Shown in pieces: positions 24,388 through 36,063 of a DNA stretch of 64,000 nucleotides. The first letter of the stretch is position 1. Each line of letters begins with the position of its first letter. This DNA comes from Eledone cirrhosa (Eukaryota). Location: NCBI GenBank assembly GCA_964016885.1, contig OZ024743.1:268088001-268152000 (forward strand), written 5' to 3'. The position numbers were made by a program, and so were the translations under genes. The notes beneath the pieces are model-generated. The model worked only from the letters and a program-made list of their open reading frames with translations, made no database searches and was not told the origin of the DNA.

Positions 24388-25726
24388 TCCTAGCCAGAAT
24401 ACTCAAACCCATCTTAGACACCTTGCCGGGACACGTTAACAGCTCCGAGGAGGTATTGAAGCGCCTGCATCAAATGGATCCCGACACCAGAAGGAATAAC
24501 AGATATGCCTTCAGCCTTGATGTAGTCGCTCTCTACACCTCGGTCCCGGCACTCCCGGCCGTCAATATACTGATGGAACGCGTCCAATCCACCGACCCAC
24601 ACTGCTTCGGGCTCACCACCACTGACATCCACCAACTCCTATCCATCGTCGTCGACAACACCTACTTCGGATTCCTTGACCAGACATACCAACAAACCTC
24701 GGGACAGCCCATGGGATCAAGCCTGTCGGGTGTCCTAGCGATCTCTTACATGGACAGCCTCGAGCGCAAGGCACTCAACGCCTGCCACCCCAACGCCGTC
24801 GCCTTTTTCTTAAGGTACGTGGACGATATCCTCATCCTCACATCCTCCCAAAACATGGCGAACAGAATCTATGAGACGTTTAACAACACGGACGAGAACA
24901 TTGACTTCATTGTTGAACACCCCAACGACGACGAGTCACTTTCCCTCCTCTACTTCCGAATCAACATCACGGAACAGGGAGGGATCCACTGCAACTTCTA
25001 CCGAAAGGCAGCCTGATGGGATCTGTTCGTCCACTACAAATCCGCCCTCCCTAACTGTGCCAAAAGAGGATATATCACGAACGATATCGCGCGAATCAAA
25101 AACAGATGCAGCGATCCCGAGAGTGGTGTCACTCATACCAAGCGATTCCTCGAGGTGCTGGAGACGAACGGCTACCCTACACCGCTCACAGACAGAGTAT
25201 GAGACACCAGACACAAGAGACAGAGAGGCACCAAAGGCAAGTGCTTCATTAAAATGTCATACCTGGGCGAGAATACCACCAACGCTATCCGCAAGGCTAT
25301 ACGGAGGGAGGCCTCGACATCCACCTGGCTCACTCGGGCCCCTCCCTGCGAAGATGACTCTCAAGGAAACCCGGGAAATCAACTGACGCGTGCTCCCTCA
25401 GAAACTGCCAGATGTGCCATGCGAACTGTTGCCTACGCACATAGGTCGTGTATAAGATAGAATGTAAAAAGTGCAACCAATATTATATAGGTAGCAGAAT
25501 CCGGCCGTTGCACATCCGGATCAAGGAACACACTAAAACCAGGGCCTCGTCTTTCCGGAAACACATAGCCAAATGCGGAAACGAAGACGGAAGGCCCATT
25601 GTCACAATTCTAGCGACAGAAAGACACGTCGGCACGTTTCGTATCAAGGAAGCACTTTGGATCAAACGCCTAGGGCCACAATTAAACAATCGATCCGAGA
25701 GAAGCGAAATGAGGTGGTTGGTTTAA
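24384..25726 (+). pseudogene. PLE reverse transcriptase + Cys linker + GIY-YIG endonuclease (disrupted)
   Basis: SLDVVALYTSV, GQPMGSSLS, RYVDDIL, FYRKAA*WDLFVHYKSALP, CSLRNCQMC, VYKIECKKCNQYYIGS..PLHIRIKEH, IKEALWI...PQLN. In-frame stops and a frameshift are present. Confidence 0.93.
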
Positions 25727-26167
25727 GTTAACAAACGATGCAGCATCACCCGCACACACACACACAAGCGAGACAGCAACACACGCTCGCACACACACAC
25801 ACACTCACACACAGTAGCATTCCACCATACGAACATACTACACTGCCAATACAGAGGAACAAGGCAACAACACACGCACACACACACACACACACACTCA
25901 AGCGAGACAACAACACACGCGCACGCGCACACACACACACACACACAGTAACATTCACCAAACAGGCAGAGAATGGACTGACAGATAGCGCCACCCCACT
26001 CCCACAATTGAAAGAACTACTTCGGCCGCTGACCTCTGCCTGACCGACACCATTTCACGCGCACCTGCGCTCTGCTGAATACCTCAGATATTCAAAACAA
26101 CGAACAGCAGAGGACAAGTTTCGCCCCTCCCGACAGACAACTCCCCCCCCCCCCCCCCGGAACAAAA

Positions 26168-26203
26168 ACCCAGTTGATGGATGTGAATCTGAAATATATA
26201 GGG
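26168..26203 (+). ncRNA. Degenerate PLE hammerhead motif
   Basis: ccc-agttgat-gga-tgtgaa-tct-GAAA-tatata-ggg. Stem I is CCC/GGG and the CUGANGA box is damaged. Confidence 0.4.
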
Positions 26204-26515
26204 ACAATTAAATCTCTTCCAAGGTAATTCTTTCTCGTGTTGTTATTTTTATTTTCATCCTTTACCCTCTTTCCTTCATTCTCTACACGTTACAGTCTTA
26301 TACACGTTACGCATCTCAACGTACACCCACTTACATCTCTCTCTCCACCACCGGATCTTGTTACCCGGAGATTTACCCATCTGCATTGTCGAGGCTTCCA
26401 AACGACTTAAAGAAATTTAACTTACTATTCCACAATGATTCAAGCAAACTTCAATACTCTCATATATATATATATATATATACATGTGTACACACACACA
26501 CACACACATACACAG

Positions 26516-26603
<88 letters not shown>

Positions 26604-26761
26604 TATATATATATAGAGAGAAAGATATCAAATTATAAATGTGAGGAAAGAATAGACAAAAATATACCTATATTTTTTCAAAGTCCCGACTGAAGTTTCG
26701 CTGACTGGTCTGGAGTAATCTTTCACCAGAAAAGTGAACCAGTGCTGTGAGGCTGCTGGCT

Positions 26762-27573
26762 CATCAAGCACTACGTAGCCACTGATGGGTGTGCTTCTGG
26801 TCAACATCAGCTTGTTTGCTACGGGCCAGATATTTGCAATGCAGAGGTTTCTGCTCCCAATTTGATGCTAATTGTCCTTGCCCCTTTGATTTTGCCAGTG
26901 ATTTTATGTGCCTAGCAGCATTAGTTGCAACAGTTTCTTTAGTCTGTCCAGCCTGGGTATCAAGCATGAAATCAGTATCATATTGTTTGCTCTCCTTCAA
27001 GATAGAATGAGGCTTCTTACTTCTCTCATGCTTTTCAACAAGTTTCAGCATACAGTCGTTAGTTGTTTCAAGGTATTTGGCCAGTCCAATGATGGTGGTC
27101 TTGTAAGCAAGTTCAAATTGGATCAGGCCACGGCCTCCTTGAGTTCTAGGAAGGTAAAGACGATCCACATCTGCTTTTGGGTGGTGCATCCTATTACAGG
27201 TCAGTAGCTTACTGACTTTGGTGTCGATTCTTTTGATTTCACTCATATTCCAGTTCAACACACCAAAGCTATAATTGACAACTGGGACTGCCAAGGAATT
27301 TATGGCTAGCACCTTGTTACGAGCGTTTATTTCTGATCTCAGAACTGCACGTACTCTCCTGTAACATTCTTTCCTTATCCTCTCTTTCATACTTGCATAT
27401 TGTATGCCAGAGCCCTCATTAATCCCTAAGTATTTATAGGTTTGTTCCTGCTTAAGTTCCTTCATGATTGTTTCAGTATCCAATTCAACTGAGTCTGAGT
27501 TGATAAGCTTCACCTTCTTCAAAGTGGCTTTTGCACACTTGTGAAGTCCAAACTCCATCCTGATCTCATCGCT
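26762..27573 (-). mobile_element. R4/Dong-type LINE fragment A (RT C-terminus/thumb)
   Basis: ORF 26764-27558: MEFGLHKCAK, YKYLGI, AINSLAVPV, HPKADVDRLYLPRTQGGRGL. Confidence 0.9.
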
Positions 27574-27811
27574 TATTATTATTATTATTATTATTGAATG
27601 CCATGGTTGACGGAGGCTCGGCTCTGTAAGGTATAGTAATTTTTAACCGTTAAAACAATTGTAAATTGTTTAAAACTTGAACCAAATTGTTCATAAAGAC
27701 ACCCTCCTCCTCGTGAGAGGGGTCTTTCTGTCCGTTATTTGGCCCTTCGGGGTTAAATAACCAGTTATTGGGGTTTTGTACCCAAAATTTCATTTTAAAC
27801 AAAAAAACAAC

Positions 27812-29578
27812 ATGGCTACGAAAAAGAAATTTCATACGTCACTCCCACTCATTCTGTCTTCTTCTTCCTCAATCATCACTACGGCAGAGAGAAGATTGTC
27901 TCTCTCCCTCCCTTCTTTAAATGTGTCTCTCTCCCTCCCTTCTCTTTCGCAAGTGACGAAAGAAAAGAAAAGTCTCGTGCAAAGCGTGCAAGGTTTCTCC
28001 ACGACGACGACGACAGCGACGAAACAGGTGTGCGGGAAATACGAAAACCCAGTTCATTCGTCTGACGTCAGGAATAATAGCAGTAGCAGCCGTAATAACA
28101 ACAGCAACAGTGACAATGAAAACAACAGTAGCAGCCGCAACAGCATCACCAGCAGCATAAACAACAACAGCATTAGCAGCAGCAACACCAACAACAACCA
28201 CAGCAACAGCGGCGGAGGCAGTAGTCGTAGTACCTGCAGCAACAACAAAAGTACCAGCAGCTCTGACGACAACAACAACAGCAGAGAAAAACCAATCTCA
28301 TTTGCAGGTATTGCGAAAAACTTGGAAACAATCCTCATAACAAATGAGGAATTAGAGGAAGCGAAGAAGATGGTGACAAAGAACGGACACCGAGCAATCT
28401 GCAAGGCAGCGGAAAAATTTTTCGAAACCCAAGAGCACTGTACGGTCACGTACCGTACAGTAAGTACAAAATCCCATAGGGTGGAAAGAGCCACAGAGGC
28501 CCAAATACAAAAAGCCTTGGGGTCTGTGTGGCAGCAGAAAACGCACATCACCCGAGGCAAAAAATATGCCACCGTAGACGTACTTTTTGCCACACCCCAG
28601 GAGGCAAAGGCCCAATCAGTAGTGACCCTAAGGAGCGAGGAAATGGTGTTGGTGCCCTCCTACTGTGGGCAAAAAATTGTGAGGGTCAAACTGACCCACG
28701 TCCCCCCCGGAATGACCCCTTCTTGGCTGGCCGCGTCTGTCCTCGTCGGAATCGAGGACAAAACAACTGTACTGCAAGTACAGAAAAAAGTAAGAGAAGA
28801 TTGGGTCGGCTCCTCCATTGAGATGCTAATCCAAACCAACCAGGAGTGCATCGAAGCTATCCCGGATGTGATAGACTTCGATAACGGCACTCAACTGCCC
28901 ATAAGTGTTGAGGGCAAACGCCCGAAATGCTTTCGCTGTGGATCGAAGACTCACCTCAGGGCCTTCTGCAACGAGAAGACCCTGAGAAAGGAGAAAACCC
29001 CCCTCCTTCCGAATCCGGTTCCACGGCTACCAGCAACAGGACAAGCGGCAACCAGGAACGATAGGCCCGTGGCACCCATACCCACTCCACGGAAATCAAA
29101 AACAGCAGCAGCAGTGGAAATACTAACAACAACAACAGCAATACCAAATGCAGCTGCAACAGAGACTCCAGTGCAAACATTACCAACAACAACAAGTGAA
29201 AGAGTGGAGCTGGTACCCCTCCCCGACCTCACAGAATCAGACATGGAGTGTGAGGTGGGAGAGAGATGGCAAAAGGTCGTAAGAAGGCACAAACGCAGAA
29301 GCAGCGCATCGTCGCCTTTGAAAAGGGAGGAAAGAAATGAGAAAAGGGTAAAGTCTACTGCAAAGAGACCCACAGCAGCAACAACACCAACACCATCAGC
29401 ACCCACACTAGCGCCACCATCACCACCGGCGACAACCCCACCGCCAACAACACCTTCAACACCACCACCACAAGCACCAACATCGCAAACACAACAACAA
29501 AACACACACACCCAGCAACAACGACAGAAAATAGCAGAACCACACCCCACCACCAGAAAAACAAATGCACGGCAATAA
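27812..29578 (+). CDS. LINE ORF1 (gag-like; N/S-rich N-terminus, RRM-like core, CCHC knuckle, P/T-rich tail)
   Basis: ATG at 27812, CFRCGSKTHLRAFC zinc knuckle, and position upstream of ORF2. Confidence 0.85.
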   Translation: MATKKKFHTSLPLILSSSSSIITTAERRLSLSLPSLNVSLSLPSLSQVTKEKKSLVQSVQGFSTTTTTATKQVCGKYENPVHSSDVRNNSSSSRNNNSNSDNENNSSSRNSITSSINNNSISSSNTNNNHSNSGGGSSRSTCSNNKSTSSSDDNNNSREKPISFAGIAKNLETILITNEELEEAKKMVTKNGHRAICKAAEKFFETQEHCTVTYRTVSTKSHRVERATEAQIQKALGSVWQQKTHITRGKKYATVDVLFATPQEAKAQSVVTLRSEEMVLVPSYCGQKIVRVKLTHVPPGMTPSWLAASVLVGIEDKTTVLQVQKKVREDWVGSSIEMLIQTNQECIEAIPDVIDFDNGTQLPISVEGKRPKCFRCGSKTHLRAFCNEKTLRKEKTPLLPNPVPRLPATGQAATRNDRPVAPIPTPRKSKTAAAVEILTTTTAIPNAAATETPVQTLPTTTSERVELVPLPDLTESDMECEVGERWQKVVRRHKRRSSASSPLKREERNEKRVKSTAKRPTAATTPTPSAPTLAPPSPPATTPPPTTPSTPPPQAPTSQTQQQNTHTQQQRQKIAEPHPTTRKTNARQ

Positions 29579-29598
29579 ATACACACAACAAGAAACTA

Positions 29599-29907
29599 AT
29601 GACTTACATAATTGAACACACAGACATTTCACAACAGGACTACATAATACCAGTACCAATCAAAACGCCAACTAACATAAGACTGCTAAAAATAGCACAG
29701 AAACAATACACAAATATTAAAACGAAATTCCCCAACGCAGTTGGTGATTTCAGGGACCTAGGAGGAACCATCAATCGAAGAGTATACTCAGACATTCTCT
29801 TAGAAGAGCCGACGACCAGCCGAAGGGACGATTCAACGGTCCCTTCACCAGACGATCACGTGAAAAGGGATGTAAAAACCATCCCTCCTCTACCAAAAGT
29901 ACGGTAA
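29599..29907 (+). CDS. 102-aa inter-ORF frame, probably the frameshifted ORF1 C-terminus
   Basis: The frame stays open upstream into the ORF1 3' end and stops 35 nt before the ORF2 ATG. Confidence 0.45.
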   Translation: MTYIIEHTDISQQDYIIPVPIKTPTNIRLLKIAQKQYTNIKTKFPNAVGDFRDLGGTINRRVYSDILLEEPTTSRRDDSTVPSPDDHVKRDVKTIPPLPKVR

Positions 29908-29942
29908 GTGGTCTTTCCCATCTTTTCCACTCTATTTTAAAC

Positions 29943-32900
29943 ATGACCTCACTCAGAATAGGCAGCATAAATGCGCGTGGCTTGGGGTCGTCATGGAAGC
30001 AGGGTCACCTGCTCAACGACCTCAGGTCACTAAACATAGATGTAGTGGCCATCAGCGAGACCAGAATCTCCGAAGCATGGGCCTTCGCACCGATCTTCGG
30101 CGGCTACGATGTGTACGCATCTCCCAGCCGTCCTGGATCCGGTGGAGGAGTTGCTGTACTTTTTCGGAGAGGTTTGGATCTCGCCATACGGGCCATATTC
30201 CTGGACCCAGAGGGTAAGCTGGTGGTGCTGGACGTGACCAGCGGAGACGGGCAAGCTTTCAGGCTAGTGGCCGTCTATGCCCCGACAGGAGCAGGGCGGC
30301 CTGATTTCTTCCGGCGTCTGGAGACCTTTCTTGGAACGTCCCGCTCTTTAGTGTTAGTGGGCGACTGGAACGGGATCTTAGATGCACGCTGGGACTGTGT
30401 GGGATTAGCGGATAGGGGTGGAGGGTGCAAGAGCCTCACGAACCTGCTCAGGCGTTTTGAACTGTCTGACAGGTACCGATTGGATTTCCCGAATGTGCCA
30501 ATGTGGACTTGGACAAACCGCATAGGGTCATCCAGATCATATCTAGATAGAGTATTTTGTAGGGAAATAGATAGGTCTAGCATAGGCTGTCCACAATTCA
30601 AGATAGTCAGCTACACGGACCACAAATTCGTGATCTGTGTGCTTGACTTAGATAGGCTTCATAGACGAGGACACGGCTACTGGAAGCTAAACGCGTCCTT
30701 ACCAGCGGGCAAGGCCTACAGAGACCGGATTAGCGAACTAGTTAAGCGGGCGTTGACGGGGGCCATCGTCAACAACAAGTGGTTGTTTGCTCTGAAAAGA
30801 GCGATTAGAATAGAATCGATTAGGTTTAGTAAGGCTTTAGCAATAGAGAAAAATAGAGCAGAGGGAGAACTAGTTAGAAAATTAGACGAGGCGCTTAGCA
30901 AAGGCATTGCGACCGACGTGCTTGCGGCGAAATTGGCCCTTGACCAATTCTTCAATGCAAAGCACGAAGGCTGGGTTGTCAGAGCAAGGGTGCGTGCTCT
31001 CAGACACGAGGGGACGAAAGCCGTTCAATGGGCCCGAGTGGCGGAGGCGCGTCGTGGCAACAAAGCCACGATCCGGTCTTTGGTGGACCACGACGGGCGC
31101 ATGCTACTCGATCCCGGGCAAATGTGTGAAGCTTTTCAGCGACACTTCGCTCAGCTGTTCGGGGGCAGCGGTGGGCCGGGTAGAGGGATGGACTTTAGTG
31201 TCTACCTCGACGGACTGCCGCAGCTCTGGGCCACTGAGGCGAAGTGTTGCGAAAAGCCGATAACAGCCGCTGAAGTAAGGGAGGCAATGACTGGCTGCAC
31301 AAGGGGTAAATCGCCTGGTTTGGATGGTCTGCCCTATGAACTTTACGTACAGATGCCAGACTTGTTCGGAGGCCTCTTGGCGGACGTCTACTGCAACTGG
31401 CAACAGAACGGGAGAATTCCCAGTTCTGTGAGCCGAGGAGCGGTGGCACTGCTGAGAAAGGATCCGAACAAGGGGGATAACATAGAAAATTTCCGGCCCA
31501 TAACTCTGCTAAACACAGAGTTTAAGATTTTGGCCAAGGTGCTAGCAAAGAGGTTGGCGCTTGTCGTTGGTGGTCTGGTGGGAGAGGCGCAGACATGCGC
31601 CATTCCCGACAGATCCATCCACGACAACCTCCACCTCATGCGATACATCGTAGAGAGGGTAGCTAGGGAACCTGGCACGGGTGGGTCCTTGATCAATTTA
31701 GATCAGTCGAAAGCTTTCGATAGGGTCGACCATCGTTACCTAGCGGCTGTCCTGAGGGCGGCTGGCTTTGGGCCCGTCTTCAGAGGCTGGATCGCTGCCA
31801 TGCACAGCGACATCTGCTCTGTGGTGAGAGTGAACGGTCACCTGTCGGAACCGTTCAACATCATGCGCTCGGTCCGCCAAGGATGTCCCCTCTCGTCCCT
31901 CTTGTACGTATTGACTCTCGAGCCATTACTGCACAAACTGGAGACGTTGAGGGGAGTCCCGCGCGAACTAGGATGCGGAAGATCCGTGTCAGCATATGCG
32001 TACGATGTCACCGTAGTGGTGTCGAACGCCAAACACATCGAGGCGATCGGCACTACACTAAGAGAATACGAAGCGGTGACAGGTGCAATGATCAACCAGG
32101 AAAAGTCAGTGGGCCTGCAGCTCGGCACCTGGAGAGGCAGGTCCATGCCGTCCAACAGCGTCGTCGGGCGCTGGACGGACGGACCGGTTAAATTGCTAGG
32201 GGTCTGGTTCGGTCCGGACCTCCAGACGGACAAAAACTGGGACGAGGTGACGAGCAGGGTGGCTTCTCTCACCCAGAAATGGGCGGAGAGGAAGCTATCC
32301 CTGAAAGGTCGAGCGGAGGTGGCTAACGCGTACATCGCGTCTGTCATCTGCTACCGCCTAACCGTCGTACCTTGTCCTAAGCCTCGCCTGACTGCGCTGG
32401 AGCGTTTGCTCTTTCGCTTTTTGTGGAAGGGACGTGCTCCGATGGTCAGGCGGTCCATCTGTTGTCAACACCCGCTACGTGGAGGGCTGGGCATGCCGTG
32501 GCTGATGATGCGCAGGCACGCGCTCAGGCTACGACATCTCCACCTCTTCCTCGACGGTGATCAGGTGTGGTCGCCGTTTCCTAGACGCGTTTTTCCCCAG
32601 CTCGTTTCCTTGACGGAGCTGCAGTCCTGGGTCAAGCGAAGACCGAGAGGGAGCGCCTGGAGACTGGAATGTCTTCTGGCGCTCACAGCCCTCGACCAAT
32701 TCGGCGTTCTATAGAGGATTAGTGGAGGAGAAGAGTGACGACGTACTTGGGGAAACTCTAGGCGTCGACGAAAATCAAGTAGCCAATCTCTTCGGAAGAA
32801 CTTTCGGGCCGGGGCCTATGAACAACTTCAGAAATCCCTGGCCTGGCAGTGCTACCGAGGAACTTTGCCAGTTCGGGATAAACTCTAGTCATGGAGGTAC

Positions 32901-33329
32901 CGTCAGCCGGGCATGTCCGAGATGCGTGCAGGGCGACGAAACCATCCTGCATGCACTCGTCCAGCGTCCGAGCATTGCTGACTTGTGTGTTTATGTCGAA
33001 CACCTGCTGTCGCGTGTAGACGGATCCGGCTATCAGCTGAGTCCATCGTGAGGATTGACCCGCCCTCTTCGTTTAGCCGGGAAGGGCAGGCAATTTTTAT
33101 CTGTCTGGTGGCCATGGCGAAAGAAATAGTATGGTGGACACGTTTGAAAGGGCTGAAGACGAGCACTTGTCTCTTCGGTGATGCCCTGATTAACTTTTTC
33201 ACATTTCATTTGAAAAGGAAAATCAGGGTAGAGAGGGAAGTGCTCTCTTCCCACTATTTTGTTGAAAGAAGGGTGAGAGAGGCAAGAATGGCCCGAGTGA
33301 ATTGTCCTACTCTGAATAAGTGTCTGTAA
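29943..33329 (+). pseudogene. LINE ORF2: APE endonuclease + RT + C-terminal CCHC (923 aa open, then frameshifts)
   Basis: SINARG, ISETR, VYAP, GDWN, YLDRVF, TDHK, KSPGLDG, FRPITLLN, DQSKAFDRV, VRQGCPLS, YAYD (for YADD) and CPRC..DETILH. A deletion near 32705 relative to copy 2. Confidence 0.93.
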
Positions 33330-33600
33330 ATTAAAGATGGAAAACTGGGAGAGGGCACTTGCCCTAGTGGTCAGGTTCACTGTGACCTTTTAATGGGCTT
33401 TCTCCACGAATGTCCCTCGGAAGTTTCCCCTCTATTGGGGAATTTTTCATTGTTATTTTTTTTGTTACATCCTCTGTTCTGTTTTTTACACGCAGAAATG
33501 CCCATTTGTACTGTCCTGTATTGTCCCGTACTGTCCTTAATGTCTACTTTATGAAAACCCTTGTGGTTAATAAAGAAAGCATTATTATTATTATTATTAT

Positions 33601-36063
33601 AGTTGCATTTATCTTGCTTTATGTTCATACGAGTTATCACCAAGACACAACCAGTGACCTGGAAGAGACAACAAGGTCCGCCATGTTCAAGAAAGAACAT
33701 ACATACACACACATGCATCTTTATGTGTTTAGACTTGTGATGTACTTATATTGACAGAATCTTCCTTAGTATATGGGCAGTTCCCATTAGTACTATCTTT
33801 TATATTTCTCCTATATGCGGGCTTCCTGGGATTTGCGATAAGTAATCATTAGACCCCTTAGGTATCATTCCTAGAGCGCCTACAACCACTTGTATTGTTT
33901 TAGTTCTCAATTTCCACATCTTTCCAATTTCTATCTCCAGGTCCTTATACTTGCTCAATTTTTCAAAAGTTTGTATAGATACATTCTTGTCTATTGGAAC
34001 GGACATATCAATTAGCAGGCATACCCTTTTTTTAAAGTCCTTCAGTATTATATCAGGTCTATTTGCATCTATTTTTCGGTCTGTTGGATGCTAAAGTTCC
34101 ACAAGATTGAGATGTGATCTTTTTCAAGTATGGGAGGTGGTTGATGCTCCCACCAATTCTTTTGATGGGTAGGTCAAAATGCTTACACATTATCTAATGT
34201 ATGTATTATGCAGCTCTGTCATGCCTGTTTAGGCATTCGGTTGGAGCTATAGGACTGCACATTGAAATTATATGATCAATGGTCTCTGGTTGTTTTTTAC
34301 ATACACGGCATAATGGGTTGCATCCATTTTTTTATTATGTTAGCTTGTTAATGTAATGTTGGCAGACACTGATCTTGTGCTGATATAATCAGTCCTTCAG
34401 TCTCCGATTTCAGTCCAGAGGATGCCAACCACTGATGGGTTAAAGTTTTGTCAACATCAGGATTGTTAGCCCTTTCTGGGTATTTTCCATACAGGGCTTT
34501 TCTTGCCATTTCTTAACCAGTTTCTGTAGCAGTTCTTTCTTTGCAGTTATTTTACCTGCTTTGCCCTTTCTGTGTTTTTCATTTCAGCAGTGAATGGAAC
34601 TTCTGAGATTTGTAGTCCATTACTGTATCTTTGTGCATCTTTTGTAATGGAGTATGATCTTTTGATGCTTTCGTGTTTCAAAACGAGTTTGATCATCCAA
34701 TCATGTGATTCCCTTAGATATGTAGATAATCCAATTGTAGCAGTTTTTAACGCAATATCTAACTGGATTGACCCACGTCCTCCTTCTTTTCTAGGGAGAT
34801 ATATTCTATCTGTATCTGCCTTAGGGTGATGCATTCTGTGCATGGTTAAGTGCGATGCAGAATAAAAGCGGTGATAAAGAGTCACCCTGAAATTCCACAA
34901 TTAATATTAACTTCTCCAGCTTCCAGTGATTTTTTTTCACTATTCAAAAGGAGTGTCGTTTTCCATGTCATCATACTGAATGACAGGAACCTCCTGACAA
35001 TGGGAGATATTTTGAAAATCTCTAAACATTTTTCAATCCAAATGTGTGGCAAACTATCGAATGCTTTTTTATCATCTATCCAAGCAATTGATAGATTTTT
35101 GTGACTATTATGACAATCTTACAGTATCATTTTGTTAACCAAAAGCTGATCTTTACAGCCATATGAGCCTCGTTTACACCCTTTCTGCTCATTGGGAAAT
35201 AGATCATTTGTTATCAGGTGGTCATATGTATATTCAGTTAGGACTGATGTTAAGATTTTATACATTGTGTCAAGCAAGTTATCGGTCTGTAATTTTGGGG
35301 ATTGTTTGTCTCATCATTCTTCGGAAGTAGGAATGTAATGCCGTTAACTAGCCATGATGGTATCTTTTCTGGCTCCTTAACTATTTCATTGTAAAGTTGG
35401 GCTAACAGCTCGTGAGACTGTGAAGGTATTTATCCAAAAATTTGTATTTTGTCTTTTCTGGGGATTTCCATATGCTGATTTTTCTAAGAGCCAAACGCAA
35501 CTGTTCAACTGTTATATTTTCCCGTGTCTGTTCCTCAAAATGAGCTCTATCTATCATGTGTCTGTCTATCCATGAGGCATGTATATTATGAACTTTTTCT
35601 TCGGCCCAGATCTTTTCCCAGAATTCTTGCACTTCCTCCTTGCCAATTTTTCTGTGAGAAGTTTCTTTGGTTGTTTTTGAACATATTATTGTACTTATAG
35701 AATCTAGATCGTTTTTCAAAGCGCCTTATACGAGCAGCTTTGGCCGACACTTTTTGCTTGATTATTTCTATCAGCATGTCTATGTAACTTGTTGATTTTA
35801 TACTGTATTTTCTTTTCAATATTCTAAGTTTAGTTTGTTTAACATGTTCATCTACTTTGTAGTTTGTTAAAATTTCTATGTCATTTCTTGTGGGAATTGA
35901 TTTGTTTTTTCATTTTCACTCCACATAAGTGAGTGGTGACTTTAGCCGATGAATAATAGAGATGATTTAGATCAGTAATGCTTAGTTTGTTTGTGATGAT
36001 AATGTTTTTGAGAATTATGTTAGTCTTGTGTATTATCTTTTGGTTCTGTTTGGAGTTCTGGAA
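33601..36063 (-). mobile_element. R4/Dong-type LINE copy B (5'-truncated, decayed)
   Basis: RT and RLE fragments (RPDIILKD, DMSVP.D.N...EKLSKYKDL, HPKADTDRIYLPRKEGGRG) and a (TAA)n tail at ~33581-33600. Confidence 0.9.

Larger units (their letters stand above)
24384..26460 (+). mobile_element. 5'-truncated Penelope-like element (Nematis-like) in (TA)n
   Basis: RT plus GIY-YIG fragments, CA-rich 3' UTR, degenerate hammerhead at 26168-26203, and TA flanks. Confidence 0.88.
27598..33600 (+). mobile_element. Near full-length L1/Tx1-clade LINE inserted in (ATT)n
   Basis: 5' UTR, ORF1, ORF2, and a 3' UTR ending ccttgtggttaataaagaaagc(att)n. (ATT)n on both flanks. Confidence 0.92.

Noticed and set aside
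25014-25360. In-frame TGA codons in the PLE as selenocysteine (as in Naiad PLEs)
   Set aside because: The TGAs fall in Arg-like contexts consistent with CGA>TGA decay rather than at Cys positions. The copy also has a frameshift and a TAG, and no SECIS was recognised.
31990-32010. YAYD as a novel RT catalytic motif
   Set aside because: Copy 2 retains gctgacgat (ADD). A single substitution in a copy that also has downstream frameshifts indicates decay.
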